DNA from: the human T2T-CHM13v2.0 reference genome, Homo sapiens
Reading direction: 5' to 3' (one strand)
DNA length: 64,000 nucleotides
Assembly: GCF_009914755.1 (NCBI RefSeq)
Contig: NC_060947.1
Numbering within the stretch: position 1 is the first letter of the stretch; each line of letters opens with the position of its first letter. Made by a program: the position numbers and the translations under genes. The notes under the pieces were generated by a model. The model saw nothing but the letters and a program-made list of their open reading frames with translations. It had not been told where the DNA came from and did no database searches. Shown piece after piece: positions 1-12,780 of this stretch.

Positions 1-510
1 AGCCAACTGATCTTTGACAAAGCAAACAAAAACATAAAATGGGGAAAGGACACCTTTTTAAACACAAGATGGATCAATGTCTTAAAATCTAAGACCTGAA
101 ACTATAAAAATTCTAGAAGACAACATTGAAAAACCCTTCTAGATATTGGCTTAGGCAAGAATTTCATGACCAAGAACCCAAATGCAAATGCAATAAAAAC
201 AAAGATAAATAGCTGGGACTTAATTAAACTAAAGAGCTTTTGCACAGCAAAAAGAACAGTCAGCAGAGCAAACAGACAACCCACAGAGTGGGAGAAAATC
301 TTCACAATTTATACATCTGACAAAGGAATAATATCCAGAATCTACAACGAACTTAAACAAATCAGTAAGAAAAAAATGAACAATCCCATCAAAAAGTGGG
401 CTAAGGACATGAATAGAAAATTCTCAAAAGAGAATACACAAATGGCCAACAAACATATGAAAAAATGTTCAGCATCACTAATGATCAGTGAAATACAAAT
501 CGAAACCTTA

Positions 511-543
511 CAATGCAATACAATGCAATACAATGCAATACAA
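511..543. repeat. Tandem repeat (CAATGCAATA)x3 inside L1 ORF2
   Basis: Directly visible: caatgcaata caatgcaata caatgcaata caa. Confidence 0.9.
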
Positions 544-1165
544 CCTTACCCCTGCAAGAATGGCCATAATCAAGAAATCAAAAAACAGTAGATGTTGGCA
601 TGGATGTGGTGATCAGGGAACACTTCTACACTGCTGGTGGGGATGTAAACTAGTACAGCCACTGTGGAAAACAGTGTGGAGATTCCTTAAAAACTAAAAG
701 TAGAACTACCATTTGATTCAGCAATCCCACTACTGGGTATCTACCCAGAAGAAAAGAAGTCATCATGCAAAAAACATACTTGCACATACATGTTTATAGC
801 AGCACAATTCACAATTGCAAAAATGTGGAACCAACTCAAACGCCCATCGATCAATGAGTGGATAAAGAAACTGTAATTATATACATATGAAACTGTAATA
901 TATATATGAAACTGTAATATATACGCATATGTATACACATATATATGGAATATATATATGTGTATATACACGCACACAATGGAATACTAATACTACTCAG
1001 CCATAAACAAAAATGAGTTAATGGCATTGACAGTGATCTGGATGAGATTGGAGACTATTATTTTGAGTAAACTAACTCAGGAATGGAAAATCAAACATCA
1101 AATGTTCTCACTCATAAGTGGGTGCTAAGCTATGAGGATGAAAAGGTTTAAGAATGACACAGTGA

Positions 1166-1469
1166 GGCCTGGGACAGTGGCTTAGGCCTGTAATCCTAGC
1201 ACTTTGGGAGGCCGAAGCAGGTGGATCACAAGGTCAGGAGTTGGAGAGCAGCCTGGCCAATATAGTGAAACTCCATCTCTACTAAAAATACAAACATTAG
1301 CCAGGCATGGTGGCATATGCCTGTGGTCCCAGCTACTCAGGAGACTGAGGAAGAAGAATCAGTTGAACCTGGGAGGCGGAGCTTGCAGCGAGCCGAGATT
1401 GCACCACTGCATTCCAGCCTGGGCAAAAGAGAAACACCCTGTCTCAAAAAAAAAAAAAAAAAAAAAAAA
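1166..1469 (+). mobile_element. Alu (AluS-type), full dimer with poly-A
   Basis: GGCCTGGGACAGTGGCT start, linker TACTAAAAATACAAA, poly-A tail. Degenerate TSD GACACAGTGA / GACACAATGA. Confidence 0.95.
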
Positions 1470-2556
1470 TAGACACAATGAACTTTGGGGACTCAAGGGA
1501 AAAGGGTGGGAAAGGGGTGACAGATAAAAGACTACACATTGTGTGCAGTGTATATTGTATATTGCTCAGGTAATGGGTACACCAAAATCTCACAAATCAC
1601 CACTAAAGAACTTACTTATGTCACCAAACACTGCCTGTTCCCCAATAGCCTATGAAAATTAAAAAGTTTTTAAAAAGAACTAGAAAAGCAAGAGCAATCC
1701 AGATTCAAAATTAGTAAAAGAAAAAGAAATAATAAAGATCACAGCAGAAATAAATGAAATTGAAATAAAAAATACAAAAGATCAATGAAACAAAAACTTT
1801 TTTGAAAAGTTAAATAAAATTGACAAAACTTTAGCCTGACTAAAATATCAGAAAGAAAATTGGAATAAATAGGATCAGATATGAAAAAGGAGATATTACA
1901 ATTGAGGCTGCAGAAATTCAAAGGAATATTAGTGGCTAGTGGCTACTGTGAACAACTATATGTCAATAAATTGGAAAATGTAGAAAAAATGAACAAATTC
2001 ATAGACACATACAACCTAACAAGATTGAACCAGGAAGAAATCCAAAACCTAAACAGACCCATAACAAGTAACAAGATTGAAGCCATAGTAAAGTCTCTGC
2101 CAGGAAAGAAATGCCCAGAACCCATTGGCTTTACTGCTGAGTTCTACCAAACATATAAAGAACTAATAGCAATTTCACTCAAACTATTCCAAAAAATAGA
2201 GGAAGAGGGAATACTTTCAAACTCATTCTATGAGGCCAATATTACACTGATATCAAAACCAGACAAAGGCATATGAAAAAAAAACCCACAGGCCAACAAT
2301 ATCTCTGATGAATGTTGTTATGAAAATTCTCAACAAAATACTAGCAAACTGAATTCAAGTATACATTAGAAAGATCATTCATTTTGACCAAGTGAGATTT
2401 ATCTCTGGAATGTCAGGATGGTTCAACATACATAAATCTGTCAATGTGATACATCATATTGATAGAATAAAGGACAAAATCCATATGATCCTTTCAATTG
2501 TTGCTGAAAAGCATTTGATAAAATTGAATATTTCTTCATGATAAAAACCCTCAAAA

Positions 2557-2880
2557 CTATCTCAAGGACAAAAAACCAAACACCACATGTTCTCACTCAT
2601 AGATGGGAATTGAACAACGAGAACACATGGACACAGGAAGGGGAACATCACACTCTGGGGACTATTGTGAGGTGGGGGGAGGGGGGAGGGATAGCATTAG
2701 GAGATATACCTAATGCTAAATAACGAGTTTATGGGTGCAGCACACCAGCATGGCACATGTATACATATGTAACTAACCTGCACGTTGTGCACATGTACCC
2801 TAAAACTTAAAGTATAATAATAATAAAAAAATAAAAAAGAAGAAAGAAAAATAAATAAATAAATAAATAAAATAAAAAAA
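2557..2880 (+). mobile_element. Short 5'-truncated young L1PA (L1PA2-5-like) 3' end
   Basis: Primate L1 3' UTR (GGGGAGGGGGGAGGGATAGCATTAGGAGATATACC) with A-rich tail. Flanking TSD AAAAACCCTCAAAA at about 2543-2556 and 2883-2896. Confidence 0.93.
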
Positions 2881-3199
2881 TAAAAAACCCTCAAAACCTG
2901 GGGATAGAGGGAACATACCTCAACATAATAAAGGCCGTATATGACAGATTCATAACTAGTATCATGCTGAATGGGGAAAAATGGAAAGTCTTTTTTCTAA
3001 GATCTGGAACATGACAAGGATGCCCACTTTCACCACTGTTATTCATCATAGTACTGAAAGTCCTGGCTAGAGGAATCAGACAAGAGAAAGAAATATAGGA
3101 AATCCAAATTAGAAAGGAAGAAGTCAAGTTATCCTTGTTAGCAGATGATATTATCTTGAATTTGGAAAAATCTAAAAACACCATTAAAAAACTATTTAG

Positions 3200-3716
3200 A
3201 CAATGGTTGAAGGATCTAGCACCAGAAATACCATTTGATCTAACAATCTCATTACTGGGTATATACGCAAAGGATTATAAATTATTCCACTATAAAGACA
3301 CATGCACATGTATGTTTATTGCAGCACTATTCACATTAACAAATACTTGGAACCAACACAAATGCCCATCAGTGATAGACCGGATAAAGAAAATGTGGCA
3401 CATATACACCATGGAACACTATGCAGCCATAAAAAAGGATGAGTTAATGTCCTTTGCGTGGACATGGATGAAGCTGGAAACCATCATTCTCAGCAAACTA
3501 CCACAGGAACAGAAAACCAAACACCGCATGTTCTCACTCATAAGTGGGAGTTGAGAAATGAGAACACATGGACACAAGGAAGGGAACATTACACACTGGG
3601 GCCTGTCAGGGCGTACAGGGCTAGGGGAGGGATAGCAATAGGACAGATACCTAATGTAGATGATGGGTTGATGGGTGCAGCAAACCACCATGGCACATGT
3701 ATACCTATGTAACAAA
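3200..3716 (+). mobile_element. L1PA7/8-like ORF2-end/3' UTR fragment lacking poly-A
   Basis: ORF 3135..3554 switches into the L1PA C-terminus (HYKDTCTCMFIAALF...KHRMFSLISGS). The UTR stops at ATACCTATGTAACAAA and the host L1 resumes. Confidence 0.85.
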
Positions 3717-5695
3717 ATTAACTACTTCTATATGACAACAGTAAATAATCTGAAAAAGCAATAAAAAAAGTAATCCCATTTACAATAGCCATACACAAAA
3801 TGAAATAACCAAGAATTAACCCAAAAAGAGAAAGAGCTCCACAATAAAAACATTAAAACAGTGATGAAAAAAATCGAAGAGGACATCAAAATATGAAAAC
3901 ATATTTCATGTTCATGAATTACAAGAATTGATATTGTTAAAATATCCATACTACCCAAAGCAATCAACAGATTCAATGAAATTCCTATTAAAATACCAAT
4001 AACATTCTTCAGAGGAATAGAAAAAACAATCCTAAAATTTGTATGGAACTACAAAAGTCACAGAATAGCCAAAGCTATCCTGAGTAAGAAGACCAAAATT
4101 CGAGGAATTACATTTCCTGACTTCAAATTATACTAAAGAGATATAGTAATCAAAACAGCATGGTACTGGCATAGAAACAGACACATAGACCAATGGAACA
4201 GAATAGAGAATGCAGAAACAAATCCACACTTTTACAGTGAACTCATTTTTAACAAAGGTGCCAAGAACATACACTGGGGATAAGACAGTCTCTTCAATAA
4301 ATGGTGCTAGGAAAAGTGGACATCCATATACAGAAGAATAAAACTAGACCCCTATCTCTGGCCATGTACGAAAATCAAATCAAAATGAATTAACGATTTA
4401 AATCTAGGATCTCAAACTATGAAACTACTACAAGAAAACATTGGGGAAACTCTCCATGCCATTTGTTCTGGCCAAAATTTCTTGAGCAATTTCCAACAGG
4501 CACAGGCAAACAAAGCAAAAATGGACAAATAAAATTACATCAAGTAAAAGCTTTAGCCTAGCAAAGGATACAATCAACAAAGGGAAGAGAAAACCCCCAG
4601 AATGGGAGAAAATATTTGCAAACTACCCATCTGACAAGGGATTAATAACTAGAATATAGAAGGAGCAAAAACAACTCTTTAGCAAAAAATCTAGTGCTCC
4701 AATTTAAAAAATGGGCAAAAGATTTTAATAGACATTTCTCAAAAGTAGACATGGACATGGCAAACAAGCATATGAAAAAGCATCAACATCGTTGATCATC
4801 AGAGAAATGCAAATCAAAACTACAATAAGGTATCATCTCACCCCAGTTAAAATGGCTTATATCCAAAAGACAGGCAATAACAAAGGTCGGCAAGGATGTG
4901 GAGAAAAGGAAACCTTCGTACACTTTTGATGGGAATGTAAATTAGTACAACCACTATAAAGAACAGTTTGGAACTTCCTCAGAAATCTTGAAATTGAGCT
5001 ACTATATGGTTCAGCATTTTCACTGCTGAGTATATACCAAAAATAATGGAAATCAGTATATTGAAGAGATATCTGCCCTTTTGTGTCTGTTGCAGCACTC
5101 TTCACAATAACCAATAATTGGAAGCAACCCAAGTGTCCATCAACAGATGAATAGATTAAGAAAACATGGTACATATACACAATAGAATACTATTCAACCA
5201 TAAAAAAGAATGAGATCCAGTCGTTTGCAACAATATGGATGGAAGTGGAGATCATTATGTTAAGTGAAATAAGCCAGGCACAGAAAGACAAACATGGCAT
5301 ATTCTCACATATTTGTGGGATTTAAAAATTAAAACAATTGAACTCACGGAGATAGGGAGCAGAAGGATGGTTATTAGAGACTAGGCAGAGTAGTGGGGGA
5401 ATAGGGTAGGTGGAACAGTTAGTGGGTACAACAAAAATAAAAAAAATGAGTAAGACCTATTATTCAATAGTACAACAGTGTGACTATAATTAATAATAAT
5501 TTAATTATACATTTTAAAAAACTAAAAGTGTAAAATTTCATTTTTTAATATAAAGGGTAAATGCTTGAGAGGATGGATATCTCATTCTCCATGATGTGAT
5601 TTTTATGCATTGCATGCCTGTATTGAAACATCTCCTGTGCCCCATAAATATTTAAGCCTACCATGTACCCACAAAAATTAAAAATTAAAAAAAAA

Positions 5696-5765
5696 TCTGT
5701 GAGCCAATATAAACCTCTTTTCTTTATAAATTACCCAGTGCCAGGTATTTCTTCATAGCAATGCT
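5696..5765 (+). mobile_element. MaLR (MST/THE1-type) LTR 3' end fragment
   Basis: CTGTGAGCCAATATAAACCTCTTTTCTTTATAAATTACCCAG...TTCTTCATAGCAATG is the typical MST/THE1 LTR terminus. Confidence 0.8.
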
Positions 5766-5955
5766 CAAGAAAGGAGAGGGAAAAGTAATAAAAAATAGAT
5801 TTTAAAGAAGAATTTCTCCAGATATTTGAAATAGATAAAAAAGAATCACAAGGAAAATTTAAAACTGAAAAATATAAATCCTAAATATACAAATGAATTT
5901 GATGGGTTTAGCTGAGGATCCCTTGTACATGATATGACAACTGGATATCCATATG

Positions 5956-6360
5956 AGCTATAGTTTGAATGAGTTCCCTAAAGTTCATGTGTTAGAAACT
6001 CAATCTTCAACAATATTGAGAGATGAGACCTTGAAGGGATGAGGAGGTCATGAGGGTTCTGCCCTCATGAATGGATTAATGCCATTATCCCATTATCATA
6101 GGAGTGTGATAGTTATCATGGGAGTGGATTTCTGATAAAAATAATGAGTTTGGCTGCCTTTCTCTTTCTCATGCACATGCTGTCTTGCCTTTCTGCTTTC
6201 CATAATGGGATGGTGCATAAAGAAGGTCCTTGAAAGATACTGGTACCATGAAGTTGGACTTCTCAGCCTCCAGAACTGTGAGAAATAAATTTCTCTTCTT
6301 TAAACATAAATTACTCAGTCAGTGATATTCTGTTATAGTAACACAGAAAAAAATAACACA
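5956..6360 (+). mobile_element. MaLR solo LTR (MSTC/MSTD-like)
   Basis: GCTATAGTTTGAATG...GGTCATGAGGGTTCTGCCCTCATGAATGGATTAATGCC...CAGCCTCCAGAACTGTGAGAAATAAATTTC. 5-bp TSD ATATG at 5951-5955 and 6361-6365. Confidence 0.85.
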
Positions 6361-6384
6361 ATATGCAAAAGCATACCTGACTAT

Positions 6385-6521
6385 AAGACAAATTATTCTC
6401 ATGCTGCTCTCAAGATTTTCTCCCTGTCTTTGGCTTTCAGCATTTTTACTATGATGTGTCTGTTTGTGGATATCTTTTTGTTTATCTTACTTGGAGTTTG
6501 TTGAGCTTTCTGGATGTGTAG
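6385..6521 (-). mobile_element. Ancient L1M ORF1 segment, inverted relative to the adjacent + strand L1M
   Basis: The reverse complement reads CATCCAGAAAGCTCAACAAACTCCAAGTAAGATAAAC...AGAAAATCTTGAGAGCAGC, the ORF1 RRM region. Confidence 0.75.
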
Positions 6522-6761
6522 GGAAACTCAGTAAGATTAACAACTGACTTCTCAGCAGAAATAATTGAAGCCAGAGGGATTGGGATAACATATTCAAAGG
6601 CTAAACGGGGAAAAATTGTCAGCCAAAAAATCTGTGTTCAGAAAAGCTACTTCAAAAATGAAGTCAAAATAATGACATTCCCAGGTAAACAAGTAGTGAG
6701 AATTTATTGCTAACAGACCAGTAGTGAAGCAGATTCTTCAGGCTGAGAGCAAATGGTAATT

Positions 6762-6763
<2 letters not shown>

Positions 6764-6801
<38 letters not shown>
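6764..6801. repeat. (CA)n microsatellite
   Basis: Direct AC dinucleotide run. Confidence 0.95.
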
Positions 6802-6803
<2 letters not shown>

Positions 6804-6931
6804 TAAAAAGCACTAATAAATGTAACTATGTAAATAAAAATGATAGTATGAGTGCATATTATTTTCTTCTTTCTTCTATTGACTGATGTAAGAAAAAAAT
6901 TGATAAAACTATGTATATAATGTATTCTTGG

Positions 6932-7245
6932 GACTGGACATGGTGGCTCACACCTATAATCCCATCACTTTGGGAGGCCAAGACAGGAGGATTGCTTGAA
7001 CCCAGGAGATCAATACCAGCCTGGGCAACAAAGTGAGGCCCCATCTCTACCAAAAATCTAAAAATTAGCTGAACATGGTGGCATGCACCTGTAGCCCCCA
7101 CTGCTTGGAAGGCTGAGGTGGGAGGATCATTTCAGCCCAGGAGTTTGAGGCTGCAGTGCGCCATGATCATACCACTGCACTCCAGCCTGTGTGATACAGT
7201 GAGACCCTGTCTCAAAAATAAATAAAAATAAGAAACAAAAAATAA
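6932..7245 (+). mobile_element. AluJ-type element
   Basis: AluJ diagnostics GGAGGATTGCTTGAACCCAGG and GAGGCTGCAGTG. TSD AATGTATT(C/G)TTGGG on both sides. Confidence 0.92.
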
Positions 7246-9720
7246 AATGTATTGTTGGGCCTATAACATATGGAAATGTAATACATTTGACAGTTGCAGC
7301 ACCAAGGAGGTGAGTGGGTGAAAAATGTGTATTGAGCTAATTAATTGTAGATGGTAACTCACATACAAAAGAACAAATGAGGAGAACAAAAATTGATAAA
7401 ATTTAAAAGTTAATATAACAAAAACTAAAACTATATACTTGTTCTTCAATTCATATGAGACATAAAATTATACAAAATAACAATTATAACCAATGCAATG
7501 TTGAGTTTTAAACACTTATAGGTATAATATGTATAACAATAATACCACAAAATGGGGGAAAGTGAAACAGTGCTATGTAGGAATAACATTTTTCTATCTC
7601 GCTGGAATTAAATTGGTGTAAAACCAAGCTTAACTCTGAGAAGTGTAAATGTACATTGTAAGCTCTAGAGCAACCACTAAGGAAATAATTTAAATATGCA
7701 TAGTGAAATAATCATTAAAGAAATTAAAATGCTACATTAGAAAATATTTATTTAGTTCAAGAGAAAGCAGAAAAGGAGGACTAGAGAAAAAAGGCACAAA
7801 AACATGGAACACAAAAAATAAAATGGCAGATAAAAATCCAACTACATCAATAATAACATTAAAGGTGAATGGATTAAATAATCCAGCCAAAAGGCAGAAG
7901 TTGTCAAAGTAGATAAACAAACAAAAAAATGACCCAACTATATATTGCCTGCAGGAGATACATTACAAATTCAAAGATACAAATACACTGAAGATAAAAA
8001 AGTGAAAAAGGATGTGTCACACATTTAGCAAACAAAAGAAAACTGTAGTGGCTACACTAATATCAGCAAAATAGGCTACAACAAAAAGTATTACTAGACA
8101 TAAAATGTTACATTTTATAATGATAAAAGGGTTAATTCATCAATAAGATATAGCAATTATAAATATATATTCATCTAGCAATTGAGTATTAAAGTGCTTG
8201 AAGCAAAAACTGACAAAAATGAAGCAAAAAATAGGCACTTCCAATGAACTAGCTGGAGATTTCAATACTCCACTTTTAGTAATATGTATAAAACTACACA
8301 GAAGGTGACCTAAGGAAATAAAAGACTTGAACAACCCTATGAACCAACTAGAACTAACAGACATCTATAGAACACTCCACCTAACAACCAAGGTCTATAT
8401 ATTCTTTTCAAGTACACATAGAACATTCTATGTGATAGACAATATGCTAGGCCATAAAGTGCATACCTCAAAAAAATGTAGAACAGAAATAATACAAAGT
8501 ATATTATTCAATCACAATGGAATGAAATTAGAAATCAGTGAGAAAGAAATATGGGAAATTCACAAATATGTGAAAATTAAACAATATCCTCTCGAATAAC
8601 CAATAAGCCAAAAGAGAAATCAAAACAGAAATTAGAAAATATTTTCAGAGGAATGAAAATGAAGACACAACATACTTAAACTTATATGATGTGGCTAAAG
8701 CAGAACTTAGAAAACTACAGCTGTACATGACTATATTAAGAAAAAATAATTACTTCAAATCAATAACCTAATCTTCCACAAAACACACTGTAAAAAGAAA
8801 TGCAGATCAAACCCAAGGCAAGAAAACAGACCAATAATACAGAATATGGAAGAAATTAACTAGTAGAACATACAAAAACAATAGAGAAAATCAATGAAAT
8901 CAAAAGCTGGTTCTTGGAAATGATCAACAAAATTGAAAAAAACTTTGGTTATATTGACCAAGAAAAAAATAAAGAAGACTCAATTACTGGAACCAAAAGT
9001 AAAATAGGTGATATTACTACTGGCCTTATGGAAATGTAAAGGATTATAAAGGAGTATTATGAACAATTTTATGCCAATAAATTAGATAAATGAAATGGAA
9101 AAAATTCCTAGGAAGACACAAACTAGCAACACTGACTCAAGAAGAAATAGAAAATCTGAATAGATGTATATAACATGTGAAGGTATTGAATTAATTTTCA
9201 AAACTGCCTACAGAAAAACGCTCAGGCTCATATGGTTTTGAATTCTACCAAATGTTTTAAAAATACAGAACATCAGTGTTTCACAACAATTTTCAAAATA
9301 TAGATGAGAAGGGAACACTTTCGAACTAATTCTATGAGGCCAGTATAACCTTGATACCAAAAGCAAAAACATCACAAGATATGAAAACAAAAACCAGTAT
9401 CTCTTACGAATATAAGTGCAAAAACTCAACTAAATATTAATAAACTAAATCCAGCAACATATAAAAACACTGTACAATATGACCAAGTGGGCTTCATCCC
9501 AGGAATTAAAAGTTGGCTCAATATCTGAAAATCAGCTAATGTAATCCCCATATCATTAGAATAAAAAACAAAAATCACACGATCATCTCAATACCTGCAG
9601 GGAAACATTTGACAAAATCTACTACCCTTTCCTTATAAAAATACTCAATAAACTAAGAATAAAAAGGAACTTCCTCAACTAGATAAAGCACATCTATGAA
9701 AATTCCACATCTATGAAAAT

Positions 9721-9790
9721 TCTCTCTCCTCTTTCTCCTCCTCCTCCTCCACCTCTCTCTCTTTCTCTCTCTCTCTCTCTTTCCTCCTGT
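9721..9790. repeat. CT-rich polypyrimidine simple repeat
   Basis: (TC)n and (TCC)n runs. Confidence 0.9.
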
Positions 9791-9869
9791 ATCCACAGCC
9801 TTTCTTTCTACTTATTTCTTTTCCTCAGCCTATAAAAAAAATCAAGTGCCTTCCATTCCTTCTAACACA

Positions 9870-10316
9870 TAAGTCATGTCATTTCTTTGCTCAGAAACAC
9901 TAATGACTTCCCAACCCACTGCAGAGGAAAGTCAAAGTTATTACAATGTCCACAGTAACTCTCTGATCTCATCTCCTACTATGTTCCCCCTCACTCACTC
10001 CATTCTAACCACACTGTCTTGTTTTTTGGTCTTCACCAAGTATATGCCCCACTCAGGGTCTTTGCATGGATCATTCCAGGTTTTTTCTACCTGGAATTAC
10101 CTTCAATACCCATGTCTTACTCTTTCACTTTCTTCCCATCTACACTCAAATGTATTCTTCTTATAGAGGACTTCCCTGGTCACTCTATTTAACATAGTAC
10201 TGCACCCTCATATTTCCTCTTTTCCTTATCCAGCTTTATTTCTGTGCCTATCTCCACCACAGAAATTTGGGCTCCATGAGAATGGAGACTTTGTTTATCA
10301 CTATGTGCCAGCATAT
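9870..10316 (+). mobile_element. L2 3' region (left half), interrupted by the ERV
   Basis: CATGTCATTTCTTTGCTCAGAAAC..., CTCAGGGTCTTTGCA..., GGGCTCCATGAGAATGGAGACTTTGTTTATCACT resemble the L2 3' end. Confidence 0.7.
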
Positions 10317-10810
10317 TGAATAATACATGGCACTGATCAAGTAAAAGCTGACGCTGATGTCCAGAACTGATCTGATATTCACAGTTAGGCCTCACTCACA
10401 GCCAGGCCATTTTGTTATCCTGTTGGACATAAACAATGTCACAGAAAACAACCTCAGACAAGGTTACTCTGAGATTATGACAAGTGAATCAAACAAAACA
10501 AGGCTTCCTTCATAATTTTGTCTAAGTGCAGACAAAATCTAGATGACTGTGCCACCCATAAGACACCCAATCACAAAATTACCTCTGCTTACTGACAGCG
10601 TTTAATCTAAAGCTAACCTCCACTTTCTTTGACTGTCTCCAAAATAATTCAAAAAGCCCATATCCTATAATAGATTATCTTTAACATCCTCTTACTGAGA
10701 CACCCAACAGTTCCCCATGGTGTATGTTTTTTCATGCTGTGATGAGCAATAAACTCAGCTTGTTTAACTAAAATGTGTCCTTGGTGGTCTTTGGTTGAAG
10801 GGTCTTGACA
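10317..10810 (+). mobile_element. 5' LTR of an old ERV1 (MER4-group; MER90/MER92-like) provirus
   Basis: TG...CA ends, AATAAA at about 10748, clear similarity to 38019-38434 (CCAGGCCATTTTG...AAACAAT...ACCTCAGACAAGG). Confidence 0.8.
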
Positions 10811-12780
10811 GAATTGGAGATTCGAGTAAGGTTCAGTTGAGACTCTCACTGCCTTGGACTGGGATCCTTAGTGAGTAACAGTGTGCACATCTGAGATCCC
10901 TTGTATCTCTATATGCTTAAGTTGCCACATGCCTGTGGCTGAAAAGGAAATTTATGCTGAATTGGGCTCTTACTACTTCACTGAAGCCCATCAGGATTGG
11001 CTTTATTTTGTTTTCCTAGAAATAAATTCCTTTGAGAGATTTTTGGTTATCTGAACAGATTTTTATTATTCTTTGGTGAATTTTTCTTCTAGTATCTAAT
11101 ACCTGCTTGTCTAATTCATTGTCTATCTGTATGCTTGTCTAGTTTCATCAATGTTGTTTGTTTGTAAGATGAAGGGTCCACAGGGAGGGAAGGGACATTG
11201 GCTCAATAAGTCTGTCCTCAAGCTAGCCTTGGGAGCTGAGACGCTCAGAAAGTTTGTTATCAGACAAGTGCCCTTAGGACAAACTTTCCCCCAGGTCATT
11301 ATAGGGCTTCTTCAGTCTTGTTTTTGTGTCCTTGAGAACTTCTGGTATTTTAGTTTTTTCTGCCCAGCATCAGGAGGTTTCTTCAGCCCCTAATCAGGGA
11401 CTACTGGTCCTTTAACCAAACTCTGGAGACACAGATCATACAAGCACCACTTTTACAGACATATTGCAGTTCTCATGGGGTCTTTTTGAGCTAAAATGGC
11501 ACCTCTTTCAGGAAGAACACCCATTTTATTTTTGTTTTCTCATTGTAATGTTAACTCCTTGCATACCTTTCAAACTGGCACACTCTCACCAAGAAAAATT
11601 GGGAATGATGGTGGCCACATTGGGGAGCTTTGATATGGACAAACTGTTTTTTAAAAGATGCCTTAAAACAAAAGAAAACAAAATTCTGTTTATAGTCTGC
11701 TCTGATTAACTGGTGTGAAGAGGCTTCTAAATGCAAATCAAACTAAAAAATTGCTTCCCTAAAATGTTCTTTAGTAAAACAAATGCAAAACATAAGAAAC
11801 TGTCTCCTTAATCAGCACTTTCAGACAATACTTAAGATTAGCTTCTGATATTGACATACTCAATGTCCTTTCCACATTTTCATTGATTATTGAAAGTCTG
11901 AAATTGTAGATATGAGATGTAAGCAAAAACTGACTCAGAGGTTGCCCCAATATATGAACTCCAACTTTTGGCTGAACATTTTAAAGATAATGTAGATACT
12001 GGAAGATAGAAAGAACAAAACCTCATTAAAAAAAAGTGTTACCTAAAAGAGAGATTATTTGGTTTAATGTGAAAAACATCCCCTTCTTTGTTGTTTTCAT
12101 ACTTTGAGGTTTAATAAGTACAGGCTTTTTTATTATACAACTTGATAAAATTGTCAAGGACCCAAATTATATCAAAATGTGTATGATACTCTCTCTTTTA
12201 TGCATATGCATCAAAGTATCTTTTATTGCATCTAAATTTTCTTCTCTTTCCTTACAGAAGGCAAATAATTAGCTATTTCTTCAAAGCTGGCTCCCTCTCA
12301 TTTTTCTATACTATTTTCTCTTTTTCCCCTCCCTTATAGGGCTTGAAAGATTAACTGATTTAAAAATCATTCAGTTGCTAGGTGCATAGAGTAGAAATAT
12401 TTAGTTTAGATAGTCAAAATTGTTGAAAGAAAGAAAAGTAGATTGAACTATGCTTTTCATGGACACTAAAAAGTATATTTATATGATAGCTTTTATAACT
12501 ATAGCTATGACATCATAAGAAAATACTTCAATTTCAAGATAAAATTTTATATGACTTCATCAATAATTGAATTACAAAAAAAGTTACCATAATATTTTGG
12601 TTTGTTTAGGACAAAGGTTAAATTATTCAAATTTTGTAATAGCCCAGATTTAGTTTTGAGTTAAATTAGTTCTCAGTGTTTCTACAGTTTTTTTAAATTA
12701 AAAATTCTATTTTTAAAATTATGTTTACCAGACTACCTACAGGCTTTTCTGTGTCCCAGAACTTCTCGCTTGTAGAAAGT
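10811..12780 (+). mobile_element. ERV internal leader and gag-like remnant
   Basis: Follows the LTR directly. A frameshifted WPHWG/GSFDMDKL near 11610-11645 resembles a gammaretroviral-type matrix motif. Confidence 0.55.

Larger units (their letters stand above)
1..1676 (+). mobile_element. LINE-1 3' portion (ORF2 C-terminus plus 3' UTR), L1PB-like, interrupted by an Alu and nested in an older L1
   Basis: ORF 166..591 gives the ORF2p C-terminal motifs [13 protein letters not shown] and [13 protein letters not shown]. The 3' UTR (GCTAAGCTATGAGGATG...CACCAAAATCTCACAAATCACCACTAAAGAAC) ends A-rich at about 1676. Confidence 0.9.
1677..5695 (+). mobile_element. Older LINE-1 (L1MA2/3-like) ORF2 and 3' UTR, host to two younger L1PA fragments
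   Basis: ORF 1881..2276 is ORF2p-like ([10 protein letters not shown]...[12 protein letters not shown]). L1MA-type 3' UTR (AACAATTGAACTCACGGAGATAG; GGGTAAATGCTTGAGAGGATGGATA) with A tail at about 5695. Confidence 0.88.
6522..9720 (+). mobile_element. Ancient LINE-1 (L1MB/L1MC-like): ORF1 end, spacer, ORF2 EN-RT region; 3' end absent
   Basis: AAGATTAACAACTGACTTCTCAGCAGAA (ORF1). ORF 8327..8599 is EN-like (LELTDIYRTLH...IDNMLGHK). RT-like GACCAAGTGGGCTTCATCCCAGG at about 9481. Confidence 0.85.

Noticed and set aside
10811-10835. tRNA primer-binding site after the 5' LTR
   Set aside because: A TGG follows the LTR at the expected distance, but I cannot match it confidently to a specific tRNA 3' end.
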